From a virus, in IMG/VR virus record IMGVR_UViG_3300029922_000007, positions 64,001 through 128,000 of that record: 64,000 nt of DNA, one strand, 5' to 3'. Shown in pieces: positions 9,239-17,952 of this stretch. The notes beneath the pieces are model-generated. The model was not told where the DNA came from. It made no database searches and worked only from the letters and a program-made list of their open reading frames with translations. Positions within the stretch are counted from its first letter, which is position 1; each line of letters opens with the position of its first letter. The position numbers were made by a program, and so were the translations under genes.

Positions 9239-10036
9239 ATGAAAATTTGCAAGGGATGTAAGGAAAATAAAGAATCGTATGAGTTCTGCAAAGAAAGCAG
9301 AGTTCGTGATGGGCTTCAAGCTAAATGTAGGAAATGCGTTAATGAACGCGCTAGGTTAAAGGCATCAGCTCTTTCCCCAAAAAAGACCCCTCTTCCCATC
9401 GATTTAAAGAGGTGTTCTAAGTGTAGTATAATTAAGCACATAAATGAATTCGGTAAAAGCAATGGTAAGCCGATATCTAAGTGTAAAGAGTGCGCTAATA
9501 GTGACTCTAAAATCAGGAGATTGAAAAATCCGCAAAAGTGTCGCGAAATCGACAAGAAAAGCTACAGAAATCGTAAAATTAAGAAATCTCAATTACCAGA
9601 AATAAAGGCGTACCAGAAGGAATACTCCACAAAGAATAGGCGAAAAATCACCAAACAACAATCTCAAAGACTAAACGAAGATCCTACCTTAAAGCTAAGT
9701 AAAAATTTAAGGAATCGATTATTGCAAGCCATTAAAGGAGAGTATAGGTCTGGATCCGCCGTAGATGATTTGGGTTGTACGATTAAAGAGCTTAAAATAC
9801 ACATAGAGTCTCTTTTTTACCCTCACCCTATTACCAACGAACCAATGACATGGGAAAATTGGGGAAGGCTTTCTGGAAAATGGCAAATAGATCATATAAT
9901 GGCGCTACTAAACTTCGATCTTACCGACAGAACTCAATTTTTAAAAGCAAGCCACTATACGAACCTACAACCCTTATGGTTTGAAGATCATGTCAGAAAA
10001 ACCGCTACAGATTTTATAAGTCGAGACGGTAGATGA
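9239..10036 (+). CDS. HNH homing endonuclease with Zn-finger repeats
   Basis: CxxC repeats; WQIDHIMAL...HYTNLQPLW. Confidence 0.85.
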   Translation: MKICKGCKENKESYEFCKESRVRDGLQAKCRKCVNERARLKASALSPKKTPLPIDLKRCSKCSIIKHINEFGKSNGKPISKCKECANSDSKIRRLKNPQKCREIDKKSYRNRKIKKSQLPEIKAYQKEYSTKNRRKITKQQSQRLNEDPTLKLSKNLRNRLLQAIKGEYRSGSAVDDLGCTIKELKIHIESLFYPHPITNEPMTWENWGRLSGKWQIDHIMALLNFDLTDRTQFLKASHYTNLQPLWFEDHVRKTATDFISRDGR

Positions 10037-10094
10037 ACAGGTCCGCTATCATCCATCCATCGAGCGCAGGGTGATTCTTAGATAACGATATTAA

Positions 10095-10550
10095 GTGGAC
10101 TTACCTCTAGAATCGTGCAACAATAGAAAAATGGGCAAAATGGTCATTCTTGAACTCACAGAAAAAGAAGCAGAGCTGGTTCAAAAACTAGCATTGAATT
10201 ATGGCCTTATTCCTAGAAATAAGGAAGTTGAAGATTTTACCGATTATGAGCGTAGGATCGATAACACAAAAAATATCTCCGATAAGGTAGATCTAGCTCT
10301 TAAGTCTCAACCCGAATTCCCCATCACAGACAAAGACCTAATGCACATTATATCTATGGCCAAAGATCAGTATCTGGCCTTACCAGCAGATCTGCATATT
10401 TCTAACAAAAAAGTGAGAGAAGACGATTTTAAGCACATTTCTCTTGCTTCTGCGGTCGTAGTGTGGCTTAATAGTAAAAACCTGCTAAAGAGACTCGCAG
10501 GATTTGAATTTACGGATCACGCTTACGATTTTGAAGATACTAACGAATAA
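10095..10550 (+). CDS. Hypothetical protein (start may be ATG 10131)
   Basis: ORF in operon context. Confidence 0.55.
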   Translation: MDLPLESCNNRKMGKMVILELTEKEAELVQKLALNYGLIPRNKEVEDFTDYERRIDNTKNISDKVDLALKSQPEFPITDKDLMHIISMAKDQYLALPADLHISNKKVREDDFKHISLASAVVVWLNSKNLLKRLAGFEFTDHAYDFEDTNE

Positions 10551-10559
10551 GGAGACTAT

Positions 10560-10772
10560 ATGTTTGATACGCACAAACTTAACGAAAAAGGCTTTGAACA
10601 AGTAAAGGCATTCAAGACTCTTATGTCCGATGCGGTATATCGGGCACTTACCTATTTGCCAGAGAGTCGAGAAAAGTCTATCTTCGTAACTAAGCTTGAA
10701 GAAGCCATGTTCTTCGGAACTAAGGCTATCGCATCCAATCCTGAAAACCACACTGAAGTAACCAAATACTAG
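10560..10772 (+). CDS. Acb2/Tad1-like helical-hairpin protein (candidate anti-defence nucleotide sponge)
   Basis: PESREKSIFVTKLEEAMFFGTKAIA resembles the RExSLAxTxLEEAxxWxxxAIA pattern; SD AAGGAG. Confidence 0.6.
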   Translation: MFDTHKLNEKGFEQVKAFKTLMSDAVYRALTYLPESREKSIFVTKLEEAMFFGTKAIASNPENHTEVTKY

Positions 10773-10781
10773 GAGAATCGA

Positions 10782-11096
10782 ATGGCACGTCCAAAAGGTA
10801 GTAAGAATACTGGCCCTCTCACTGAACTGCAGAAGCTCGCAAAGAAGATCGGTCCTGACGGAGATGACGTCATTGCTGAACTTGAAGCGGCAGACGTTGA
10901 GGCCTTGAATAAGCGCATTGCACAAGCTAATCAAAGCATCTCAGACACTAAGGCTGAACTGGAGTTGAACGAAGACTACCAACAGGCCAAATCCGATGTT
11001 AAGCTTCTTTCCTCTGGGCTGTCCGAAGTGAAGAAGCGGCAAAACTCGATTATTGCTGTGGCTGTATCTTTCCGGAAAGCTAAAGGGGCAGCATGA
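10782..11096 (+). CDS. AT-hook-like/coiled-coil protein
   Basis: MARPKGSKN N-terminus; heptad-rich. Confidence 0.6.
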   Translation: MARPKGSKNTGPLTELQKLAKKIGPDGDDVIAELEAADVEALNKRIAQANQSISDTKAELELNEDYQQAKSDVKLLSSGLSEVKKRQNSIIAVAVSFRKAKGAA

Positions 11097-11392
11097 TCCC
11101 AAAAGCTGAAGATTCCAGGAAAATGTCGGAAAACATTCGGAAGGCCGTGTATAGCCTGGAAAAGATCCTTGAAAGAGCCGAAAATGTAATCGCGCACGCA
11201 ACTAACGCCGGATATTGCGCTGCAAGTCTATCCAGTGACGATATTGCACGATTCGATCAAAAAACGCTAGAGCAATTGGAAAAAGAACTTATATCCTTAG
11301 GGTACATCGTATACAAATATAGTACCTCCTTTGGAGAAACACCTAAATGGGATAACGTCTCTTATGTCGGAATTAATTGGGACAAAGTATGA
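11093..11392 (+). CDS. Hypothetical protein
   Basis: ATGA-coupled ORF. Confidence 0.6.
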   Translation: MIPKAEDSRKMSENIRKAVYSLEKILERAENVIAHATNAGYCAASLSSDDIARFDQKTLEQLEKELISLGYIVYKYSTSFGETPKWDNVSYVGINWDKV

Positions 11393-11505
11393 TCTTTTGG
11401 ACTATCAACCAGGATGCTGGTCTATTTACTTGGTTGACCTACGGTGTCTCAATGGTTCCGCTTGCTTTAATAGCATTAGCTCTCATATTAAGCTGTAGAA
11501 AATGA
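11389..11505 (+). CDS. Small membrane protein (38 aa)
   Basis: MIFWTINQDAGLFTWLTYGVSMVPLALIALALILSCRK; ATGA overlaps at both ends. Confidence 0.55.
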   Translation: MIFWTINQDAGLFTWLTYGVSMVPLALIALALILSCRK

Positions 11506-12185
11506 TTGAAAAGGAACGTATTTTATCAATAGATATGAGTACAAAAACGGGCTGGTCTTCCGTAGTAAGTACCGTAGATGGAGTGGAACTAGAGGAATAC
11601 GGTACTATTCCAGCTATCCACCAGCCCAAAGGGGAATACCCCGGAGTATTCGTAGACTGGGCTGAATTGGTGTTTACTAAGATCGACGAACTCGTTAAGC
11701 GCTTTAAACCAGATGTCTTAGTGATCGAAGAAACATGTGCTGGCTCCAAAGGTGTGTACACGCAAAAAATACTTGAATTTTCCCATTTTTTGCTTGCAAA
11801 ATTCATTAGAGATAGTAAGATCAAATCAGTGTATTTGTTGACTGGTGCCTGGAGAAGTGAAGTTGGATCTAAAATGACCAAAGAGGAATCTGCCCATAAT
11901 AAGTACGTTAAGGAATACAAGGAAAAGCACAATTCTAAGTTCGCATACGATATAAACGGTAAACTGATCGGTAAACTTACTAAGAAGCACATCAACGTTA
12001 GACGAGCAAACGAGGTATTTGGTAAGTTTCTGAAAAAACCTCTTATCAAAAAAGACGAAGATCAGGCAGATTCTCTCTTACTTTCATATTGTTATCATCT
12101 TCGCCGTTTGAAAACCTTAGAACGCCTTAAAAAGTTTGAAGAAATTGATCTATTTGAAGATAACTACGACAAGGAGACAGAATGA
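11502..12185 (+). CDS. ruvC: RuvC-like Holliday junction resolvase
   Basis: ILSIDMSTKTGWS, PDVLVIEE, DQADS acidic catalytic set. Confidence 0.8.
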   Translation: MIEKERILSIDMSTKTGWSSVVSTVDGVELEEYGTIPAIHQPKGEYPGVFVDWAELVFTKIDELVKRFKPDVLVIEETCAGSKGVYTQKILEFSHFLLAKFIRDSKIKSVYLLTGAWRSEVGSKMTKEESAHNKYVKEYKEKHNSKFAYDINGKLIGKLTKKHINVRRANEVFGKFLKKPLIKKDEDQADSLLLSYCYHLRRLKTLERLKKFEEIDLFEDNYDKETE

Positions 12186-12271
12186 CTTTAGGACAACTTG
12201 TATCTGGATTCATCGTCTCCGTAGTGGCCTTATTTGTGGTTTTGTACATTACTGGGAGAGAAGATAAATGA
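12182..12271 (+). CDS. Small membrane protein (29 aa)
   Basis: MTLGQLVSGFIVSVVALFVVLYITGREDK; SD AAGGAG; ATGA overlaps. Confidence 0.55.
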   Translation: MTLGQLVSGFIVSVVALFVVLYITGREDK

Positions 12272-12384
12272 CTCTTTACGGATTAATTGATGCTCATTTT
12301 CAAGATTTTTGTTTTATGACATGTATTGTATCGTCTGCTATTGCGGGAGCATTTTGTTTCTGTTTTTATTGGAGTAAGCAATGA
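12268..12384 (+). CDS. Small membrane protein (38 aa)
   Basis: MTLYGLIDAHFQDFCFMTCIVSSAIAGAFCFCFYWSKQ; ATGA overlaps. Confidence 0.5.
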   Translation: MTLYGLIDAHFQDFCFMTCIVSSAIAGAFCFCFYWSKQ

Positions 12385-13238
12385 GTGGATTTTGGGATAA
12401 AAAAGCAATTACTACTCAAGAAACTGCCTACCAGCAGGCCCAACAGGCACTTCCAGCTCAACCAATCGTTTTGGATGAGGAAGCCTTAGCTGAAATTCAG
12501 GAAAATGAAGAATATGACGTATTTGAGGAAGAAGACGACGACATGTCTTCGGTCCTTTCTGATGCCAACCTTCGCCTAGAGCAAGGGCGTCTCTACCAAA
12601 TGATCATGAACTCTGATATCTTTGGAGAAACTGACGCTGACCCAAAAGCTATCAAGAACGTTAGCCGGGAAATGAGAAAATTCGCTAGGGATCGAATGGA
12701 AACCATGCTTGGTATGCGCCAGGAAGAAGCGACACAGAAAACTATCGTTTCTTCTCCCTTTAACGACATGGAAGTAACAGTCCTCAAGCTTTTGGCCTCA
12801 AAAATGTCTAAAGGTGCCACTGAAGAACAAGCTCCGGTGCAACCTCTGATTCAGGCTCCTCCTAAAAAGGATGGAATTACAGCTATCTCTGGAACTACAA
12901 GACCTAAGGCACCAGCGCCTCTCAAACGTGAATCTAAGCCTATCCAAAGGGCTCCACAACCTAAGATGACTGCTAAGCCTACTGCGACCTCTGCTATCAA
13001 ATCCGAAGAAGATACTAGACTTACTAAAGCTATTTCTGAAATGACTCCAGCCGAACTTGCCGAGTACGATAAAAAAGCATCTGAAATTCACGCTAGGAAG
13101 CACTCTGCCATGCCGCCAAATCTGATCCCGCATCCTAGCCCACAACAACTCGAAGCTATCTATACTGCCCACGCAAATCAATTATCTGGTCCAGGAAGTG
13201 CCCTAGGCAATGTCATGGCCCTGATGAATAAACGCTGA
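12381..13238 (+). CDS. Hypothetical protein
   Basis: 285 aa ORF with acidic and Pro/Lys-rich segments. Confidence 0.7.
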   Translation: MSGFWDKKAITTQETAYQQAQQALPAQPIVLDEEALAEIQENEEYDVFEEEDDDMSSVLSDANLRLEQGRLYQMIMNSDIFGETDADPKAIKNVSREMRKFARDRMETMLGMRQEEATQKTIVSSPFNDMEVTVLKLLASKMSKGATEEQAPVQPLIQAPPKKDGITAISGTTRPKAPAPLKRESKPIQRAPQPKMTAKPTATSAIKSEEDTRLTKAISEMTPAELAEYDKKASEIHARKHSAMPPNLIPHPSPQQLEAIYTAHANQLSGPGSALGNVMALMNKR

Positions 13239-13273
13239 AATGTCTGAAAATAACCAAACCTAAGGAGCCCTAA

Positions 13274-14014
13274 ATGTCTGAAAATAAAGCCGATACTCGT
13301 ACTGCTACTCAACGTATTGAAGATCTTGAAAAAGTCCTCACTGTTCTTTATCAAGCTGCCCAGCGCCACGAAGACATTCTTGGTGGACTCGGTGGTCTGA
13401 AGAACGATATGACTCTCGTAAAGGATGCGCTTAAGCTCATCAATAAACGGACTGATGCTATCATTCAATCCGCAAGCTCTGACAGTGGAATCACGTCTGC
13501 ATCTGTCGATACTCTCGTAATCCAAATGAACGTTGCCGAACTCGTTCAACAGACTGCAAACTATGTTACTGCTGGCCATCTTGCCCCTACCGATACTATC
13601 GTTGACAACACGTTTGTTGTCTGTGAAGAGCATAATTCGGACGGTAAGGTGATCAATCCTCGTATTCAGTTCAAGTTGGATACGCAAGATCCTGCTACTC
13701 AGGAATCTCTTAAGGGTAAGAAAGCCGGGGACACTGTTTCCTTCGGGGAAAATAAGTTCACAGTTAAGGTCCTGGAGGTTTACAGCCTTTTGGATCCAAA
13801 CGCCCCTAAAGCTGCGGACCCAGCTCCTGAGGCTCCTGCACCAGATAATTCTACGGGCTCTACAGAGCCTACGACTACGGCTGAAACGACTCCAGAAGCC
13901 CCTGCAGAGCAAGCAGCGCCCGCTGCAGCCACTGAAGCTAATCCTCTTCCTCCTGAGACCCCAGTTGTCCAATTCGTCCCTTCTGAACCTGGTATGATGG
14001 TTACGGCGCAATAA
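13274..14014 (+). CDS. Hypothetical protein with GreA/FKBP-like C-terminal motif and Pro/Ala/Thr tail
   Basis: SLKGKKAGDTVSFG...VKVLEVY; SD TAAGGAG. Confidence 0.6.
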   Translation: MSENKADTRTATQRIEDLEKVLTVLYQAAQRHEDILGGLGGLKNDMTLVKDALKLINKRTDAIIQSASSDSGITSASVDTLVIQMNVAELVQQTANYVTAGHLAPTDTIVDNTFVVCEEHNSDGKVINPRIQFKLDTQDPATQESLKGKKAGDTVSFGENKFTVKVLEVYSLLDPNAPKAADPAPEAPAPDNSTGSTEPTTTAETTPEAPAEQAAPAAATEANPLPPETPVVQFVPSEPGMMVTAQ

Positions 14015-14473
14015 ATGGCTAAGAAAAAAACCGCCCCAACTTGTAATTTTAAGGGATGTAAAACCGCCCGTAAATCTAGTACGAACGGTAGTTGGGGCGG
14101 ATTTTGTGGGTTTCATACTAGGAAGGCGACCATAAACGCTTTCTTAGGAGAACTATACAGCCGTATCCTCTCCAGAACGAGAGGAAAAAAAACAAAGAGA
14201 CCAGACCTTTATTTTAAGCTTCCTATTATGTCTAAAGAGGTCTTCATGAGTTGGTCTAAAAACCATCCCGATTTTCTAAGGCTCTATAAACAGTGGAAAA
14301 CTAGCGATTTCGATCGTAGACTTACCCCCACAGTCAATAGGATGAATTCTAGCAAGGGGTATACGCTCGACAATGTGGAATGGCTTACTAATTCACAAAA
14401 CTGTGGCCTATCTGGATCTGTAAGGCAAGCCAAAAACAGACAAGCTGTCTACGAACTTTTAGGAGTAAAATAA
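14015..14473 (+). CDS. Degenerate HNH-type endonuclease
   Basis: PTVNRMNSSKGYTLDNVEWLTNSQN, compare SIDRIDxxKGYxxxNxxWxxxxxN. Confidence 0.6.
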   Translation: MAKKKTAPTCNFKGCKTARKSSTNGSWGGFCGFHTRKATINAFLGELYSRILSRTRGKKTKRPDLYFKLPIMSKEVFMSWSKNHPDFLRLYKQWKTSDFDRRLTPTVNRMNSSKGYTLDNVEWLTNSQNCGLSGSVRQAKNRQAVYELLGVK

Positions 14474-15225
14474 TGTCCAAATCTACCAAACTTGAAAAAA
14501 TTCTTCTCATCCCCGATTGCCATCACCCATACGTAGATAAAAATGCCTGGAATTTGATGCTTAAAGCTGCCAGGGAATTTAAGCCACAACACGTTGTTAT
14601 CATGGGAGATTTTGCGGATTTCTATGGAGTCTCAAGCCATAGCAAAGATCCTAATCGGGCTCTTAAGCTTAAAGAAGAAATCGAAGCCACCAAAGACGCT
14701 TTGGACGAAGTTAAAAAACTGGGAGCCAAGAACTACCACTTTGTTTCCGGTAACCACGAAGACCGTCTTGAACGATACCTGCGTGATAAGGCTCCAGAAC
14801 TGTTTAACTTCATCTCCATCCCTAAGATCCTGGAGCTTAAGGAAAAGGGTTTCTCTTACACTCCCTATAAGCAATCTCTCAAGATCGGTAAGCTGAATAT
14901 TACCCACGATACGGGAACTGCTGGTCGTTACGCCCACTACAAGTCTTTGGATGCATTTCAATCCAATGTGGTTATCGGACATACTCATCGCATTGGATAT
15001 GTGGTCGAAGGCAATGCAAGCGGCGAGCGCCATATGGGCGCAATGTTGGGCTGGTTAGGAGATATTAATGAGATCGATTATCTCCATCAAATTAAGGCCC
15101 GGAAGGACTGGTCACATGGATTTGGGGTTGCCTATCTAGATCCTAAAACTCAAGCCGTTTACGTGGTTCCAACCCCTATTGTTAATGGGACCGTTGTTAT
15201 CGAAGGAAAGCTTGTTTCTCTTTAA
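14473..15225 (+). CDS. Calcineurin-like metallophosphoesterase
   Basis: PDCHHP, GDFAD, GNHE, TH, GHTHR. Confidence 0.88.
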   Translation: MSKSTKLEKILLIPDCHHPYVDKNAWNLMLKAAREFKPQHVVIMGDFADFYGVSSHSKDPNRALKLKEEIEATKDALDEVKKLGAKNYHFVSGNHEDRLERYLRDKAPELFNFISIPKILELKEKGFSYTPYKQSLKIGKLNITHDTGTAGRYAHYKSLDAFQSNVVIGHTHRIGYVVEGNASGERHMGAMLGWLGDINEIDYLHQIKARKDWSHGFGVAYLDPKTQAVYVVPTPIVNGTVVIEGKLVSL

Positions 15226-15267
15226 CAATCTCTTGTGATATACTAAGTTTAGGAGTCAAACCTAAAC

Positions 15268-15657
15268 ATGGGCCTCACAACAGATCTAGATAAGCTCAGT
15301 CGTGCTATCAAAGATGCCGATATTAGCCTTTTCTCTGTCAAAGCTCGTATAGAGCAACTAGACAAGGAAATCGCTATATTAGCTCCTCGTAAGAACGAAC
15401 TTGAACAAAATATAGAATTTCTTAAAAAGCAGGATACTATTCCTCTAGCTCAGGAATTTAAGAAATCCAAGGCTGAACTCGCTAAGACATCATCTAGGCT
15501 TAATATTATCGTATCTGAACGAGTAAAGGTTTATCAGGCATCTTTAGATATAGAGATGGCCATTGCCAAGTTTAAGCGAGACCACGACCAATTGATTATT
15601 GGTAGTGAAAACAATATTTTGAAGATTGATTTCGGGGGCAAACGTGGAAAAAGATGA
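15268..15657 (+). CDS. Coiled-coil hypothetical protein
   Basis: SD AGGAG; TGATATACT upstream. Confidence 0.65.
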   Translation: MGLTTDLDKLSRAIKDADISLFSVKARIEQLDKEIAILAPRKNELEQNIEFLKKQDTIPLAQEFKKSKAELAKTSSRLNIIVSERVKVYQASLDIEMAIAKFKRDHDQLIIGSENNILKIDFGGKRGKR

Positions 15658-15883
15658 ACTAAAGCAAAAAATCATGGAAGATGAAGATTTTATCAAAGCG
15701 CCTAAATACGCAAACAGCTTGAATAGATTTTTAGCCAAGAACGAACGAAAGCTTGACAATGGGGCCATAGGTAGGTTACTCTTGATTACGGAAGAAGAGG
15801 TAGACCAGCTCTACGAACAATCCATAGTCGAGTTGCGCAAGGAGATGGTAGATGGTGAAGACGGAGAAGGTAGTCGCGAGTAA
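15626..15883 (+). CDS. Small protein with sigma region-4-like HTH (start probably GTG ~15644)
   Basis: LDNGAIGRLLLITEEEVDQLYEQSIVELRK resembles T..EIG..L.lsrERV.Qi...Al.kLR. Confidence 0.45.
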   Translation: MISGANVEKDELKQKIMEDEDFIKAPKYANSLNRFLAKNERKLDNGAIGRLLLITEEEVDQLYEQSIVELRKEMVDGEDGEGSRE

Positions 15884-16046
15884 CGGTGATACGATCCTAA
15901 CGCTCCGTTACGAACTTGGACATCTCTATATCCGCGATCCAGAGGAGGGATGGTCCTCCGATCTTTGGCCAGATCAAGTAGAGCAGCTTTATAGCGCTTT
16001 AGGTAGATTTTTGGGCAAAGAATCATCTCCTGGAGAGCCATCTTGA
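15852..16046 (+). CDS. Hypothetical protein
   Basis: SD AAGGAG; coupled to the RNase H gene. Confidence 0.5.
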   Translation: MVKTEKVVASNGDTILTLRYELGHLYIRDPEEGWSSDLWPDQVEQLYSALGRFLGKESSPGEPS

Positions 16047-16681
16047 AAATAGATCTATACTCTGATGGTTCCGCTCAAACCAAGGCCACCAATGGCGGTT
16101 GGGGTTGGGTGATGGTCGTAGACGGTATTAAGTATTCAGAAGGATCTGGACACGAGAAGAATGTCACCAACAACGATATGGAGCTAGCTGGCGCAATTCA
16201 AGGCCTAGCTGAAGTCCTTAAATTCGTTAATAGAAGTAGAGAGGCCAACGCCGAAACTTCTCAGGTAGATTTCGATGTAACACTCTGTTCCGATAGCCAA
16301 ATCGTCCTTGGTTGGGCAGACGGATCTTTTCGCTTCAAACAAGAAGAGAAAATGGAGAAATTCAAACAACTCCAATTTCTGGTCAAACGTCTAAACATTA
16401 AAACTCGTTGGGTAAAAGGCCATAGTGGAGACCCTAACAATAGTAGATGCGACCGGCTTGCTAATTTGGCTCGTAAGCAGATTAAAGAAGCGGCCTCAGA
16501 TCAAGTTGAGAACAAAACGCAATCAGCCATTGGAACTAAGCGCACCGACGTTGTAAGTTTGTGGTACAAGGGTCTTTTAAAAATCATTGACTTTGAGACT
16601 GGAGTAATAGAAGATTATAGCCGGGAAGCTCACGGTAAACGTGGATCCGTACTTGAGATTAGAGAGGCAAAAGAACGATGA
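16043..16681 (+). CDS. rnhA: Ribonuclease HI
   Basis: YSDGS, GGWG, TNNDMEL, SDSQ, WVKGHSG, NSRCDRLA. Confidence 0.92.
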   Translation: MKIDLYSDGSAQTKATNGGWGWVMVVDGIKYSEGSGHEKNVTNNDMELAGAIQGLAEVLKFVNRSREANAETSQVDFDVTLCSDSQIVLGWADGSFRFKQEEKMEKFKQLQFLVKRLNIKTRWVKGHSGDPNNSRCDRLANLARKQIKEAASDQVENKTQSAIGTKRTDVVSLWYKGLLKIIDFETGVIEDYSREAHGKRGSVLEIREAKER

Positions 16682-16848
16682 AAAAGCATTACCATATTTT
16701 TAAAATAGCGTTAGGTCTATTTTTGACCATAAATGCCGTTATTACCGTGAATAAAGACAATACTACAGTAAATCTAGTAACCGGCATTATTTGGTGTTTT
16801 CTAACATCCCTTTTTATCGACAATCTTTTGGAGAGTAAGCGTAAATGA
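16678..16848 (+). CDS. Small two-TM membrane protein (56 aa)
   Basis: MKKHYHIFKIALGLFLTINAVITV...LVTGIIWCFLTSLFID...; ATGA overlaps on both sides. Confidence 0.55.
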   Translation: MKKHYHIFKIALGLFLTINAVITVNKDNTTVNLVTGIIWCFLTSLFIDNLLESKRK

Positions 16849-17480
16849 GCGATCAATACTTTTGTTGCATGGACAGCGAAACTGGTGGGCTCCGAGCTAA
16901 GCAAAATGACATCTTAACTCTGTACATGGCCATGACTGACGAAAACCTTAAGGTCTTGGAAGAGCTAGATCTAAAGCTCAAACCTAACGATAGGTTGCCA
17001 GTATGTGATCCGCAGGCGATGGCCGTGAACCACATCGACCTTCAAAAACATTTATCCGACCCAAACACTGTGACCTACGCTGAAGCTAAGGTCAAAATCA
17101 TCGCTTTTGCTAAGAAGTATCTCAAGAAGCGTGGGCGCTATAGTAACCTCATTGTTCTTGGTCAAAATGTTATGTTTGACTTGAAGTTCATTTGGGAGTA
17201 CATTATTCCAGAAGAGGAGTGGGAAGGATTGTTCTCCTATAATGTGGAAGATACGAAGACATCGGCCCTATTCCTGAAACGATGTGGGTGGCTGCCCAAG
17301 GAAATCGGTACGTTGAAGAGCATGGTTGAATACTTCAATATTCCACGCCGGGAAGCTCATGAAGCGAAGGGAGACGTGCATATGACAATCGATGTATACA
17401 AAGCCATGCTTTCTTTGATGGATTCAAAGAAAAATGGTGGGTCTACTCAGGACATTATTTCCTTGCTGGAGGCAGAATGA
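16845..17480 (+). CDS. DEDDh 3'-5' exonuclease (DnaQ/epsilon-like)
   Basis: DSETGG, QNVMFD, HEAKGD motifs. Confidence 0.88.
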   Translation: MSDQYFCCMDSETGGLRAKQNDILTLYMAMTDENLKVLEELDLKLKPNDRLPVCDPQAMAVNHIDLQKHLSDPNTVTYAEAKVKIIAFAKKYLKKRGRYSNLIVLGQNVMFDLKFIWEYIIPEEEWEGLFSYNVEDTKTSALFLKRCGWLPKEIGTLKSMVEYFNIPRREAHEAKGDVHMTIDVYKAMLSLMDSKKNGGSTQDIISLLEAE

Positions 17481-17668
17481 AAACTGGATACTATATTCCC
17501 ATTTATAGTTGGGGACCAAACCCTTCTGAAGTAGCGGGATCTAGTACTGGCGCTACTTTATACTGGGAGCTTAAGGATCTTTGGGGCTTTGAACCAGATG
17601 CGGTGGGATATTTCGAAGTTTTTGGCAATATTCCTACTCAGGAAGAGTTCGAGGAAAGCCAAAAATGA
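17477..17668 (+). CDS. Hypothetical protein
   Basis: Coupled ORF. Confidence 0.55.
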   Translation: MKTGYYIPIYSWGPNPSEVAGSSTGATLYWELKDLWGFEPDAVGYFEVFGNIPTQEEFEESQK

Positions 17669-17952
17669 AACTCCTATTCGATTGGTGCCATCTCTTCAAA
17701 GACGACGATTGGAATTGTAAACTCGGCCTTGATTGGTACGGGTTTGAGCCGATTGTAGGCTGTAGAAAGGACCTAGAAGGTTCTAAGGGCTTCACTGTCG
17801 TTCTCTACGCCGTTTGGTGGCGCTATTCCTTGACGTGGATTCATGACTATGCTAAATATAGTGCTAGGATGAATTATAGACATTCAGACACCATCAAACG
17901 CATATCGGACTTAAAAGAGCGAATCGAAGCTAAGAGAGCGAAAAAAGAATGA
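17665..17952 (+). CDS. Hypothetical protein
   Basis: Coupled ORF. Confidence 0.55.
   Translation: MKLLFDWCHLFKDDDWNCKLGLDWYGFEPIVGCRKDLEGSKGFTVVLYAVWWRYSLTWIHDYAKYSARMNYRHSDTIKRISDLKERIEAKRAKKE

Noticed and set aside
13178-14116. 312 aa - strand ORF
   Set aside because: Antisense to an SD-supported + strand gene in a + strand operon.
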